IMG/VR virus record: IMGVR_UViG_3300045988_102840 | Span: 1-61,582 of that record | Length of the DNA: 61,582 bases | Origin: a virus | Direction: 5' to 3' (one strand) | Part shown: in pieces, positions 41,451-50,886 of the stretch | Numbering within the stretch: position 1 is the first letter of the stretch | Layout: the number at the start of each line of letters is the position of its first letter | The notes under the pieces: model-generated | Database searches by the model: none | Seen by the model: the letters and a program-made list of their open reading frames with translations, nothing else | What the model was told of the DNA's origin: nothing | Made by a program: the position numbers and the translations under genes

Positions 41451-41503
41451 TACCTTATAAAATAACGAGTGCCTGATAGACTTATATGGAATCTCCTCAT
41501 CTA

Positions 41504-43474
41504 TTAATCCACACTCTTGACTATCAAATAATATTTTACCGCTTCCGGTCGTCCATAATTATAGCTTGCACTTTTTACGTAGCCTTTATAAATATGTCCG
41601 TTCTTTTCCACCCGAATGTAACCCGTCAAGTCTGACGGTATTTCCAAATCTCCGGTCTTGACGGAAAGTTCTCCTACTGTGAACAGTTTGTTTCCCAATA
41701 CAATGCTCGACCTTTCGCTAACTCCATTGATTGTCACATCACTGTTACCGTCAGATGATGTAAACTCCAACGCGTTGGCAAAAGCACCTATATACCTTGC
41801 GTTTGCTTCAATCATAAACCTTTGGGAATACATGGCATTGAACATAGTAGAAGGAGATATGACACCGGATATTGTATATCCATCCCTTACAAGCTTGTAT
41901 TTTTCTCCGTCAAGTGATGCTCCAACAAAGAATATATCATTATCACTGTCGCTGTCAGTCGTATCTTCACCTCTTTTTTCCGCAAGAAATTCCATACCAT
42001 AAGCATCGGCTCTATATGGGCTAACTAATTCCAATACGTTATCTGTCAATGTAATGCCGGTGGTGTATTCATTGGTAAAGCGGAATTCATCGCGACCATT
42101 TACACTGTCGTAATCCTGTTTGTCATACCCGACTTTTACCCCCGAATAAACCAGTCCGGCATTCACATTGTATTCCAAATCGGAAGTGCTGTCCTGCAAG
42201 TCCTTTATTTCTGTATCTTGGAATAAAGTATCACGATGAACAAATGTCACCTTCTCGTCACCGATTACAGGGACAAACCCGAATTCCGCGCTCATCCAAT
42301 TGGCGAATTTGATATAAGATGTATATATTTTGGCATTGGGAAGTCCTCGTATGCTTTCTGCCGGAACTATCATCGCCATGTCTAAACGCTCATCTACTCC
42401 GGTGGCGATTTCACCCGTTACATTGTTCTTATCAGTTATAGACCTCAGTAAACGGTTAAGCAATACTTTAGGACTGATACAATCTATTTTTACAGATTTT
42501 CCACGCTCGGAAAAACTTATATTTAACGGTGTGTCAAGACTGTTGAATTTAAAATTAACGGGAAAATTTTGATATATAGGGTCAGATTTTGCAAGTGCTA
42601 TATTGAAATTAATCATCTCACCTGGAGATATTGTCAAATTCTCATCAATATCGACAGTGTATGTATTAAATGTTTGAATTGTAGCGGATTGATAATATAT
42701 TTTAAGCTCTTTACTATTTTCATTATAAGAGGAAAGCCGTATATATATCGGGAAGGATACGCCTGGTCTCTGATACGTAATGAATACACTGAATTTTACT
42801 TTTATCCGTATGGTCAAATCCCTGTCAGATATATTTTTGAACAGATATTCTCCGAATAGACTTTCCGTACTTTCAAATCGGTTTTCAGCCGTATCAAAAA
42901 CCTCTACAATGTCCTTTGTTGCAATTTCCGGTTGTCCTAACATATAAAAAGGAATAGTATAATAAGCATTAGGATAAGCAGTCATTACATGGGAAACATT
43001 AGGCTCCTCTGCGTCACTTGGTATAGACCATTTTATATCACTGTTCATTAACAATCTGTCATAATCCAAAGGTTGGGACTCCTTTATTTCTTTTACCGGG
43101 TATTCATACTGCGTGCCTTTCTTTGCCTTAATCAAGCTTGCGAGACTGTTGTCGACGGCATTTATTTCGCACGTCGTATCATTGTAGGAAAATGTGGAGT
43201 AGTCCAAAGCACATCTGAACTTTTCATTTAACAGCCATGAGTTATTCCGGGTATAAAACACGAGTGTTGCAGATGAGTTCAGGTAATTCGACAAATATTC
43301 TTTCAGCAATAGCGAATAAGCGCCGTTGGTAAACTCAAATTTTGTGGAAAAACTACGAACAACTCCGTCATAATCCCCTCTCTTGAAAGACATCTCTACA
43401 TCGTCCCAATTAACAAGCTCATTTGTGGCGTCATATGTCATTCCGCCTATCAACAGTTCACATCTGTAATACAT
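41504..43474 (-). CDS. tail-module structural protein (656 aa; distal-tail or baseplate candidate)
   Basis: Assigned by size and by position two genes after the tape measure. Confidence 0.55.
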   Translation of the reverse strand: MYYRCELLIGGMTYDATNELVNWDDVEMSFKRGDYDGVVRSFSTKFEFTNGAYSLLLKEYLSNYLNSSATLVFYTRNNSWLLNEKFRCALDYSTFSYNDTTCEINAVDNSLASLIKAKKGTQYEYPVKEIKESQPLDYDRLLMNSDIKWSIPSDAEEPNVSHVMTAYPNAYYTIPFYMLGQPEIATKDIVEVFDTAENRFESTESLFGEYLFKNISDRDLTIRIKVKFSVFITYQRPGVSFPIYIRLSSYNENSKELKIYYQSATIQTFNTYTVDIDENLTISPGEMINFNIALAKSDPIYQNFPVNFKFNSLDTPLNISFSERGKSVKIDCISPKVLLNRLLRSITDKNNVTGEIATGVDERLDMAMIVPAESIRGLPNAKIYTSYIKFANWMSAEFGFVPVIGDEKVTFVHRDTLFQDTEIKDLQDSTSDLEYNVNAGLVYSGVKVGYDKQDYDSVNGRDEFRFTNEYTTGITLTDNVLELVSPYRADAYGMEFLAEKRGEDTTDSDSDNDIFFVGASLDGEKYKLVRDGYTISGVISPSTMFNAMYSQRFMIEANARYIGAFANALEFTSSDGNSDVTINGVSERSSIVLGNKLFTVGELSVKTGDLEIPSDLTGYIRVEKNGHIYKGYVKSASYNYGRPEAVKYYLIVKSVD

Positions 43475-43476
43475 AT

Positions 43477-44055
43477 CTATTTCTTTTTTGAAGTTGAACG
43501 TATCATAGCATCTATGTCATCACACATACGTTTGACCATATAGGCATATTCTTTGGCGGAGAACGTGTTTTCATCAATGTGCATTTTTACATGAGACATT
43601 AAAGAAACGCGTTCTTTGGTAAAATATTCCCTATCCATTTTTATTTTCCCTATATCAGGAGATGTTTCCTGCAATTTTGCAAGGCGGTAGTTGTCAGAAG
43701 CGGAAACGCTGCTTATCCGGTTCTTTATCTTATCATGTTCGTCCTCTCTGAATTTATAACCCAAAGCAGACATGACTTCTACAGCATCACTCCAGTTTCC
43801 AGAAGAAATGAGTTCCTGACATATGGCAAGGCAATTTAATCGGATTTGAATTTTCAGCACTTCATTTTTCCGGTTTATTTGGGCAGAAACAGACTTTCCC
43901 CCTATTATTGATAAGTATTCATTGCATAGCTTCTCGGCCGCCAAAGCCTTTTCTCTGATACTATATCTTCCGCCTTGAACAACCTTATCAATATCCCCCA
44001 GGAATATGTTTATAAAGCGGGAAAGGCATATTTTGTTTAAGTCATTATATATCAT
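43477..44055 (-). CDS. hypothetical helical protein (192 aa)
   Basis: ORF track. It lies immediately downstream of the tape measure gene. Confidence 0.55.
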   Translation of the reverse strand: MIYNDLNKICLSRFINIFLGDIDKVVQGGRYSIREKALAAEKLCNEYLSIIGGKSVSAQINRKNEVLKIQIRLNCLAICQELISSGNWSDAVEVMSALGYKFREDEHDKIKNRISSVSASDNYRLAKLQETSPDIGKIKMDREYFTKERVSLMSHVKMHIDENTFSAKEYAYMVKRMCDDIDAMIRSTSKKK

Positions 44056-44058
44056 ATC

Positions 44059-47000
44059 TTATACTCTGCTTGAAATCCAATTGTAATCCGCAATATGGTT
44101 GGCTTTCTTCATAATCCGACCAATGTTCTGCAATTGTTTGGTATTGCTTTCCATCTTTCTTTCAAGTCGGCTGTAATCGTTGTTTACATTAACAACAATC
44201 CCCTCTTCTCTCATATTCTTTAGCTTTTGTTCCAATAAACCATAATCCGATGTAAGTCCTCTACGGTCATAGATATATGACAAATCAGGGATTACCTGCG
44301 CATGCGCCGGAAGGTCTACCAATGTCGGCTTATCAGGAGTGATAAAAAGCCCGTTATTAGTTACGATACCCTCTTTCTTGCCGCCATCACCTACTATTGC
44401 CAAACCGCCGGGATGGTCTTTTGTTCCTTTGGCGTATTTGGGAATGGGCTGGGCTGCTATTAGGGCTACTTGGGCGGCTCCCATAGCACCGACTAATGCA
44501 GCAAGAACTAAATTTGGAAGTGCTTTTGTCACAGCTAAAGCGGTTGCTATTCCTGCCTGAACAATAGAATTTGCTTTATCCCATTTGGCTTGCTTCTCTT
44601 GTAATGCAGCTTTTTTCTTTTCCAGCTCTGCATTTTTGGCGGCTGTCTTATCTTCGGCTGCACGTTTGCGAGCTTCTGCCTCTTCGGTGGAAATTGCACC
44701 ATTTTCTTCAAGGGCTTCTATACGTTCTATTTCTTTATCGTATGCTTCATCGTTGGCTTCTTGTTCTTTTTCAATATTTTCTATTCGAGCATCGTATATA
44801 TCAGTCATTAACGAAGTGATACCAAATACGATTTTTTCTACGCTTTTTAAGATGTATCCAAAACTTTTTATCACATCTTCTGCCGTTCCTTTAAAAGTCA
44901 ATTTTCCTTTCTCTGCTACACCCACCATTATATCAGATAATCCCTCAAATATTCCTGCCGTTTCACCAAGAGTATCTCTTGCCGCATCATTCATTTCTGA
45001 TAGACCACTCTTGAATTTGTCTATCCATTCTTTTTGTTTTTTATTGGCATCGTCATTATTCAGTTCATCTATTTGCGCTTGAATTTTATTAATCCTTTCT
45101 TGTAATTCCTTAGCCTTTTCACTGTTAATATCAACAAGCGCCATTTCTGCTTTTGCTTCCGCAAGAAGAGTCTGGAGACGCGCCTTAGCATACTTAACCC
45201 CAATATCATATAATTTCTTTTCGTAATCCTCTTTGCTGATTTCGCCATTTGCATATTGTTTTTTTATGATATTAGCTTCTTTCAAGGCGGATGTTTCCTG
45301 CTCGTTTACCACCTTATCAGTATTTGCCTCAATCAACCCAATTCTTTCTTGGAGGTTTCGCATTATGAGAGAATTTTCCCGTTGCATGTACTTCATGCGT
45401 ATCGCCACAACATCCTCTCCATTCTTTTCAGCGTCCTTTATTTCCGCATCACGCATCATATTATTGAGTTGTATTTGGAGATTAAGCCTTTTGTCTAATT
45501 CTTCATTCGAGTTTTCTCCAATGGAAGCCAATCTGTTTTCAAGATTTGTTTTTTCTATTTCAAGCAGTCCCTTATCGTATTTATCGTTTATTTCCGCAAT
45601 GGCTTTTCCTTTCAGCGTTTCAAGATTTTTCCGAAGCTCTATTTCTTCGTCTGTCCTACCCTTTATCTCTTTAATCCTATCATCGTATTCCTTACTGATT
45701 TCAGCTATTTCTCTTTCTCTACCGTCAGCTATCAATTCTATTTTAGATTTGGATAAATCCTCTGTTATCTTCTTGATATATTCAGCGTATTCTTCCGCTT
45801 TCTTTTTTTCATCGTCATAAGCTTTATTATTTTTACCCGGGTCATTAACCAATGCTTTTACATTGATATTTTTAGCCATTCCCTCCAAAGTCTTATCGTA
45901 ATCGGTCGTCACTTTCAATAAGAACTTCCAAGCCTCTTCCTCTTTTTTGGTTTGCTCTTGTGCTTTTTCTAAATCAGACCTTCTTTTTGATAAATACACA
46001 GATTCTCGCTTACTACCTTCTTCTATGCCTTTTTCTCTCGCCTTTTGGGTAGCCTTTTCTAATGCTAATTTTGCTTCTTCTTCTTTTCTCTGTGCTTTTA
46101 AATACGTGTTATATTGATTAGTCCTTTTTATCCAAGCTTCATATCTTTGTGATGAAATTTCTGTCATTTTATCCAATTGAGCCCTTGCAATAGCATTTGC
46201 AACAAGTTCTGTACGAAGTTCTTTATAAGATTTGGTTGCTTTGCCTGCAAGAATTTCCTCGTTTGACATATTTTCAAAATATGAAGGATATTTACTTCGC
46301 AACTCATCAATGGCAGCAATACGTTCTTGCATAGAACGCTTGTTGTCTTGCGTTGCCTTGTATAACAAATCCAGCTCTGTTCTTTCCTTAATACTATCAG
46401 AAACTCCCCTACGCCTTGCATTTGCCAAGTTAGTTTCCGCACTCGCTATTTCACTGATTGACTTCTTTGCCTTAAACAAACTCGCAACCCAATCTATAAT
46501 CTCCGAACTATACGCAGACAATAATGTTATACCTATTACAAGTGCTGATTGCCAAGAAAATAAACTGCCAAGAAGTTGTTTCCATACCGGAACCGCAGTT
46601 TGTCCTTCGGCTTTCATCCGCTTAAACTCTTCATTTGCTCTTTTTAATTCATCCACAAACATTGGCAAGTTGTTGGATATGGCAAGGAAGAATTGATTGA
46701 AACTCATTGTCAAAGACGGTAACTCTCGCAATAACTGCTGCGTCTGAACATTAAGCCCATTCCAAGAGGACGCATAATTACCTACATTCCTTTGATAATT
46801 TCCAAATTGAGAGTCAATTTCTTTCAACTTATTATTCAAAGCATTGGCTTGCGCTATCAAATTCTTCCCGACACTACTTTCCCGGTCAGCTTCACTCAAC
46901 GCCTTATACCTTTTCTGCAACTCAAGCATGGCGGCATTCATTTCATAATAGCTGCCGGAAGCTGAAATAATTGCCGTGGAATGATTTTTTATCAAAGCCG

Positions 47001-47706
47001 AATATTGCTGATTTTGCGCCATCAGTTCCGTATGCCTTTGTTTTAATAGCGAAGACTGCCTTATATATTCAGACAAAGTAATTTCTCCGTCTTTATAAGA
47101 TTTTCCAAGAGATTTAATATCCGCATCAATCTTTTTCATAGCCTCTTTATTGGCTATGGTATCAGCCGTTAGCTTGGTAACTTCGCCATCATATGCCTGT
47201 ACGGTGTCGATTATGGCGGCATAGTTCATATTTGCCGCCTGCAATTGAGTGGATGCCTGGCTTATTATATTACTTGCTGTTTGGGTACTTTTAGCCGCAT
47301 TATCCTGCGCCGAAGACACCTGGTTGGATGCGGAAGATAATCCGGCAAGCATATCACTTGCATTCTTGATATTTTTGGCGAACTGTTCGAACAAAAGGTT
47401 TAACTTTTGCAAAGATGACATTGAATTTAGTTGCTGGGATACTTGACGTAGCACGGTAAGTTGTTTCGCCTGAATAGATGCCATCTTTTCCTGCGTCTTA
47501 TTCAATTTCTCCAACAGCGAGGTATAATTACGTGCTTTTTGGGAAAGTTCATCAAATGTTTTGGGATTAGTTTTTACTCCTTGCGCCAACTCCTTAGCAA
47601 GTTCCACATAAGACCCTTTTGTACTATCAAATTCAAGACGGAGTTCCTTTAATTGTTGTACGGCTTTCTTGTCGACTAAATCGGTAATTATAAATTCGTT
47701 TGCCAT
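44059..47706 (-). CDS. tail tape measure protein (1215 aa)
   Basis: Very long and mostly coiled coil, with internal hydrophobic segments and a C-terminal ...YAKGTKDHPGGLAIVGDGGKKE... motif. Confidence 0.85.
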   Translation of the reverse strand: MANEFIITDLVDKKAVQQLKELRLEFDSTKGSYVELAKELAQGVKTNPKTFDELSQKARNYTSLLEKLNKTQEKMASIQAKQLTVLRQVSQQLNSMSSLQKLNLLFEQFAKNIKNASDMLAGLSSASNQVSSAQDNAAKSTQTASNIISQASTQLQAANMNYAAIIDTVQAYDGEVTKLTADTIANKEAMKKIDADIKSLGKSYKDGEITLSEYIRQSSLLKQRHTELMAQNQQYSALIKNHSTAIISASGSYYEMNAAMLELQKRYKALSEADRESSVGKNLIAQANALNNKLKEIDSQFGNYQRNVGNYASSWNGLNVQTQQLLRELPSLTMSFNQFFLAISNNLPMFVDELKRANEEFKRMKAEGQTAVPVWKQLLGSLFSWQSALVIGITLLSAYSSEIIDWVASLFKAKKSISEIASAETNLANARRRGVSDSIKERTELDLLYKATQDNKRSMQERIAAIDELRSKYPSYFENMSNEEILAGKATKSYKELRTELVANAIARAQLDKMTEISSQRYEAWIKRTNQYNTYLKAQRKEEEAKLALEKATQKAREKGIEEGSKRESVYLSKRRSDLEKAQEQTKKEEEAWKFLLKVTTDYDKTLEGMAKNINVKALVNDPGKNNKAYDDEKKKAEEYAEYIKKITEDLSKSKIELIADGREREIAEISKEYDDRIKEIKGRTDEEIELRKNLETLKGKAIAEINDKYDKGLLEIEKTNLENRLASIGENSNEELDKRLNLQIQLNNMMRDAEIKDAEKNGEDVVAIRMKYMQRENSLIMRNLQERIGLIEANTDKVVNEQETSALKEANIIKKQYANGEISKEDYEKKLYDIGVKYAKARLQTLLAEAKAEMALVDINSEKAKELQERINKIQAQIDELNNDDANKKQKEWIDKFKSGLSEMNDAARDTLGETAGIFEGLSDIMVGVAEKGKLTFKGTAEDVIKSFGYILKSVEKIVFGITSLMTDIYDARIENIEKEQEANDEAYDKEIERIEALEENGAISTEEAEARKRAAEDKTAAKNAELEKKKAALQEKQAKWDKANSIVQAGIATALAVTKALPNLVLAALVGAMGAAQVALIAAQPIPKYAKGTKDHPGGLAIVGDGGKKEGIVTNNGLFITPDKPTLVDLPAHAQVIPDLSYIYDRRGLTSDYGLLEQKLKNMREEGIVVNVNNDYSRLERKMESNTKQLQNIGRIMKKANHIADYNWISSRV

Positions 47707-47723
47707 AAGTCCTAATATTGGGT

Positions 47724-47782
47724 GTCATGCAACATCACATGATAATGCAAAGATATTGAATTATTTAGAATTTTCTAAATAA
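47724..47782 (-). promoter_or_regulatory. late promoter copy 2 (minus strand), directly upstream of the tape measure gene
   Basis: On the + strand, CAAAGATA is at 47748-47755. The minus strand reads TTATTTAGAAAATTCTAAATAATTCAATATCTTTGC...ATGTGATGTTGCATG. Confidence 0.5.
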
Positions 47783-47909
47783 GAAAGGCAAAAATGAAAA
47801 TCAGAAAAGGGAAGAGAAAAAGAAAAAGCCAGACATTACATCTGGCTTTATTATTTGGTAATAACCTAAGTAAGGCGATAAAACGGAATTATATATAGAT
47901 ATTTTTTAT

Positions 47910-48602
47910 TTACCAATCGTCATTTTCATTTCCCACCAGTCCGTTTTTAACCACTTCCTCAATCTTATCCATAATAACGTTTGAGTAGGCATGAGCCATA
48001 ACCAATGCCTTGGAGGATGTTTTTTTTGCTTTATGCTTATCTTTTTCTGCGAATGGATAACACGTATCAATAGGCCATTTTTCTATATTTGTTTGCGGTC
48101 TTTGAGTTCCATCTGAAAATGCAGATATTATTCCACCTCCTATAACTTTTATAATATTATAATATTGAAGGGTATAAGTAATACGTATCTTAGTATCTTT
48201 TATGTCAACTTTTATAATAGGAGTAATACTCACCTTGTATCGGCTCATTCCTCCTAAGTGTTCGGATATACCATCCACAAACCCTTCTCCAATTATAGTT
48301 CCTAATTCCTTATCATTTAATTTTATTACAGAATTTGCGTCATTAAATGTTGCAGTAAACCAATAATTCAGAATTACATATAATTGTTCTTTTGTGGCTT
48401 TTCCACAATCTACTATTTGTGTATAGGTTAAAGAATTGTTTTTATCAAGAGTTAATTGAGATGAGAGCGTTTCTGCTGCTTCAACCCAACTATCCCCATA
48501 TTTCTCCTTTGCATATTTTTCCAATTCCTCAGCCCTCATAACTTGGGCGTTCACCGATATACAACTCCATAAAACAATAATTACAAATAAAATCTTTTTC
48601 AT
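47910..48602 (-). CDS. secreted protein, DUF4468-like (from memory)
   Basis: ORF track gives 47910..48728. I moved the start to Met43 (MKKILFVIIVLWSCISVNAQ, a signal peptide). Confidence 0.55.
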   Translation of the reverse strand: MKKILFVIIVLWSCISVNAQVMRAEELEKYAKEKYGDSWVEAAETLSSQLTLDKNNSLTYTQIVDCGKATKEQLYVILNYWFTATFNDANSVIKLNDKELGTIIGEGFVDGISEHLGGMSRYKVSITPIIKVDIKDTKIRITYTLQYYNIIKVIGGGIISAFSDGTQRPQTNIEKWPIDTCYPFAEKDKHKAKKTSSKALVMAHAYSNVIMDKIEEVVKNGLVGNENDDW

Positions 48603-48736
48603 AATCAATATAATTTTAAGTTTTATTTGCAAAATAACCTCAAATAAAGCATTCTGACAATATATTCTACTGAAATCTTCATAATTTATACTCCATCTAA
48701 ATAACGCAAATCCTTTGCAGATTAACAAAATGTTCG

Positions 48737-48927
48737 TATCTTTGCAGTGTTCAAATTATCGCGGTGCAAAGCCGCAAACATAGCGGCATTTTTTGTGCCC
48801 ATACATAAAGTAGTCTTTAAAATATAAAGATATAACTGCGCCGTGTCGTGGAGTAGAAATACCCACGGAGTTTGCGATAAACTTGAACAACACGTAGCGC
48901 AGTTTTTTTATTGTTCAAATTATCGTT
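48737..48927 (+). promoter_or_regulatory. leader B: TAtcTTTG box plus X / X' / X2 three-part leader with a T7 run
   Basis: X is TGTTCAAATTATCG (48748-48761). X' is GCGATAAACTTGAAC (48874-48888). X2 is an exact 14-nt repeat of X at 48912-48925, 2 nt before the ATG. ACTGCGC/GCGCAGT helix at 48835-48841/48897-48903 is followed by TTTTTTT. Confidence 0.55.
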
Positions 48928-49569
48928 ATGGAAGAATTAAAACTATTCCAATCGCCTATTTTCGGGCAAGTACGTACCGTGGTAATAAACGGTCAAGTAA
49001 TGTTTGCTGCAACAGATGTTGCAAAATGCTTAGGATATGCGAATCCACGTGATGCGATTTCAAAACATTGTAAATCAGACGGGGTCGCGTTTTGCGACGG
49101 GGTGGTTAAAACTGGTCAGAGGAAAGACGGTACTATCTATGAACAAACAGGAGAAATCAAAATAATCACAAAAGGTAACTTAATCCGTTTAGTTGCCAAT
49201 TCAGAACTTCCGCAAGCTGAAGAAGTCGAAAGTTGGATTTTCGATGAAGTTATTCCTACCGTATTAGAAACAGGCGGCTACATTGCCACCAAGCAGGACG
49301 ACACCCCCGAAGAAATCATGGCACGTGCTCTAACCATCGCACAAGCTACAAAAAAATATCTGTTTTTGTTTGGTGATTTATATAATTGTTGTACATTTGC
49401 AGTGCGACAGTTTTATTATCATATTCGGATTGGGGATTTTTTATGCCCGATATTGAAGTATTGCTTAAAATATAAGCAGAGGTTTCTCCGTACATATTCG
49501 CCCCAAAGCCGATATGGAACTGTCGCAAGTTGGAGAAATTCTCTGCTTTCTTTATTTATTAACTTTTAA
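48928..49569 (+). CDS. Bro-N domain protein, apparently truncated (C-terminal 70+ aa read through a promoter and leader)
   Basis: Bro-N blocks FGQVRTVVINGQVMFAATDVAKCLGYANPRDAI...EVESWIFDEVIPTV. After ..ALTIAQAT (about nt 49345) the sequence becomes non-protein-like. Confidence 0.55.
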   Translation: MEELKLFQSPIFGQVRTVVINGQVMFAATDVAKCLGYANPRDAISKHCKSDGVAFCDGVVKTGQRKDGTIYEQTGEIKIITKGNLIRLVANSELPQAEEVESWIFDEVIPTVLETGGYIATKQDDTPEEIMARALTIAQATKKYLFLFGDLYNCCTFAVRQFYYHIRIGDFLCPILKYCLKYKQRFLRTYSPQSRYGTVASWRNSLLSLFINF

Positions 49570-49580
49570 TTTTCATTATT
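49392..49580 (+). promoter_or_regulatory. leader C: TAcaTTTG box plus X / X' / X2 leader, with X2 overlapping the start codon
   Basis: TGCGACAGTT occurs at 49403-49412 and again at 49582-49591 (ATG at 49581). Its complement AACTGTCGCA is at 49518-49527. The long interrupted helix 49404-49435/49501-49526 has about 23 bp. Confidence 0.55.
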
Positions 49581-50501
49581 ATGCGACAGTTGAATGAAAA
49601 TTACTCAAACAGCAATAGCGTTGCTGTGTTAGGTACGGCAAGCCCTTCCGACATGGGGCAAATCTTTTCTTATAATGGGAATAGTGTAAGAATGCGCAAA
49701 ATGAATGGGTATATTCTTGTGTGCCTTACAGACTTTGCAAAACCTTTTCCTGACAAGAATCTTTCTCACATTGTAAACTCAAAGGAGTTAAGCGATTATG
49801 TAGCACGAATGAGTGAAATACAAAATTGTAGTTCACTTGATTTACTGCAAGTTACAAAAGGGAATCATTCAGATGGAAGAGAACAAGGTACATGGGCACA
49901 TCATCGTGTTGCTATCCGTGTCGCTCAAAAATTATCCACTGATTTTGCTATATGGGTAGATGATAAAATAGAGGAGTTATTAACTACTGGAAGCGCATCA
50001 CTCCAACCTCAACTCCCAAATTTTAATAATCCTGCCGAAGCCGCCCGTGCATGGGCAGACCAATACGAGAAAAATCAAGCTCTTGCATTAGAAGTCCAAC
50101 AGCAACAGGAAACTATCGAACTCCAACAGAAAGAGCTTACACAATCTGCACCAAAAGTCAGTTACTACGACAACCACTTACAGAGTGTGAATACGCAGAC
50201 GAGCACACAAGCCGCCAAGCAGATAGGAATGGATGCTGAAAAGCTGCACAAGAAGCTGAAAGAAATCGGAATCATTTACCGGCAAAGCGGGCAGTGGATA
50301 TTACATGCACCTTATTCTACATGGGGGATGCACTCAACTCGTACACAGACGTACACACGTTCGGACGGTTCGACAGGAACAAGTGTATATACGGTATGGA
50401 CTACCAAAGGTGTGCGTTTCATTATTGCTCTATATGAAAATGATTGGGACGTGAAGAAAGCCATTAAGCAGATAAAAGGAGAATTAGAACCCGCTGCGTA
50501 A
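49581..50501 (+). CDS. KilA-N domain plus KilAC antirepressor domain protein
   Basis: GTWAHHRVAIRVAQKLSTDFAIWV is KilA-N. The linker SLQPQLPNFNNPAEAARAWADQYEKNQ is nearly identical to that of 24706..25596. KVSYYDNHLQS...AKQIGMDAEKLHKKLKEIGII is KilAC. Confidence 0.75.
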   Translation: MRQLNENYSNSNSVAVLGTASPSDMGQIFSYNGNSVRMRKMNGYILVCLTDFAKPFPDKNLSHIVNSKELSDYVARMSEIQNCSSLDLLQVTKGNHSDGREQGTWAHHRVAIRVAQKLSTDFAIWVDDKIEELLTTGSASLQPQLPNFNNPAEAARAWADQYEKNQALALEVQQQQETIELQQKELTQSAPKVSYYDNHLQSVNTQTSTQAAKQIGMDAEKLHKKLKEIGIIYRQSGQWILHAPYSTWGMHSTRTQTYTRSDGSTGTSVYTVWTTKGVRFIIALYENDWDVKKAIKQIKGELEPAA

Positions 50502-50623
50502 TCTAAAGTTTATAAACCAACTACTTGTGTTATCCGCATTTATGCGGACAGATATAACTATACCCAAAAATATATTGCCACATAACCAAGCATAGATGCA
50601 CGTTGAGGTTTCGACCAACGTTC

Positions 50624-50659
50624 ACGTTATGATACCCCGTCAGCAATACGGCTGGCGGG
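50624..50659 (+). repeat. 36-nt hairpin element, copy 2
   Basis: ACGTTATGATACCCCGTCAGCAATACGGCTGGCGGG. The stem CCCGTCAGC/GCTGGCGGG has 9 bp. Confidence 0.7.
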
Positions 50660-50700
50660 CAGATGGCAGGAATAATGACTAAAACAAATATTCATCTATT

Positions 50701-50880
50701 ATGGAAATCAGCACAGCAATGATGCAACACATCCTCCGATTGACGGAAGGATATACGGATTTATTGAACGAACTTAAGGAAGTCAAGGCGGAACTTGCAG
50801 AACTCAAAGGAGAAAAGCCCAAGAAGCCGACAATTCATGAAACCAAATACCCACACATGAGTATAATAACCAGGAAATGA
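50701..50880 (+). CDS. 59-aa coiled-coil-like protein, paralog of 1182..1361
   Basis: Read by hand: MEISTAMMQHILRLTEGYTDLLNELKEVKAELAELKGEKPKKPTIHETKYPHMSIITRK. A terminator follows. Confidence 0.5.
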   Translation: MEISTAMMQHILRLTEGYTDLLNELKEVKAELAELKGEKPKKPTIHETKYPHMSIITRK

Positions 50881-50886
50881 TTGTAT

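Noticed and set aside
44585-45820. Several + strand ORFs (165, 195, 154 aa and others) inside the tape measure gene
   Set aside because: They are Ser/Phe/Leu-rich mirror frames of the Lys/Glu-rich coiled-coil tape measure coding sequence.
50617-50628. AACGTTCACGTT next to hairpin element copy 2 recalls the ARACGTWCGT inverted-repeat core of Bacteroides invertible promoters
   Set aside because: This is a memory-based resemblance with an extra base. It is not located at the boundaries of the 1154/1340 inverted repeat and is only partly present in copy 1 (ACGTT).
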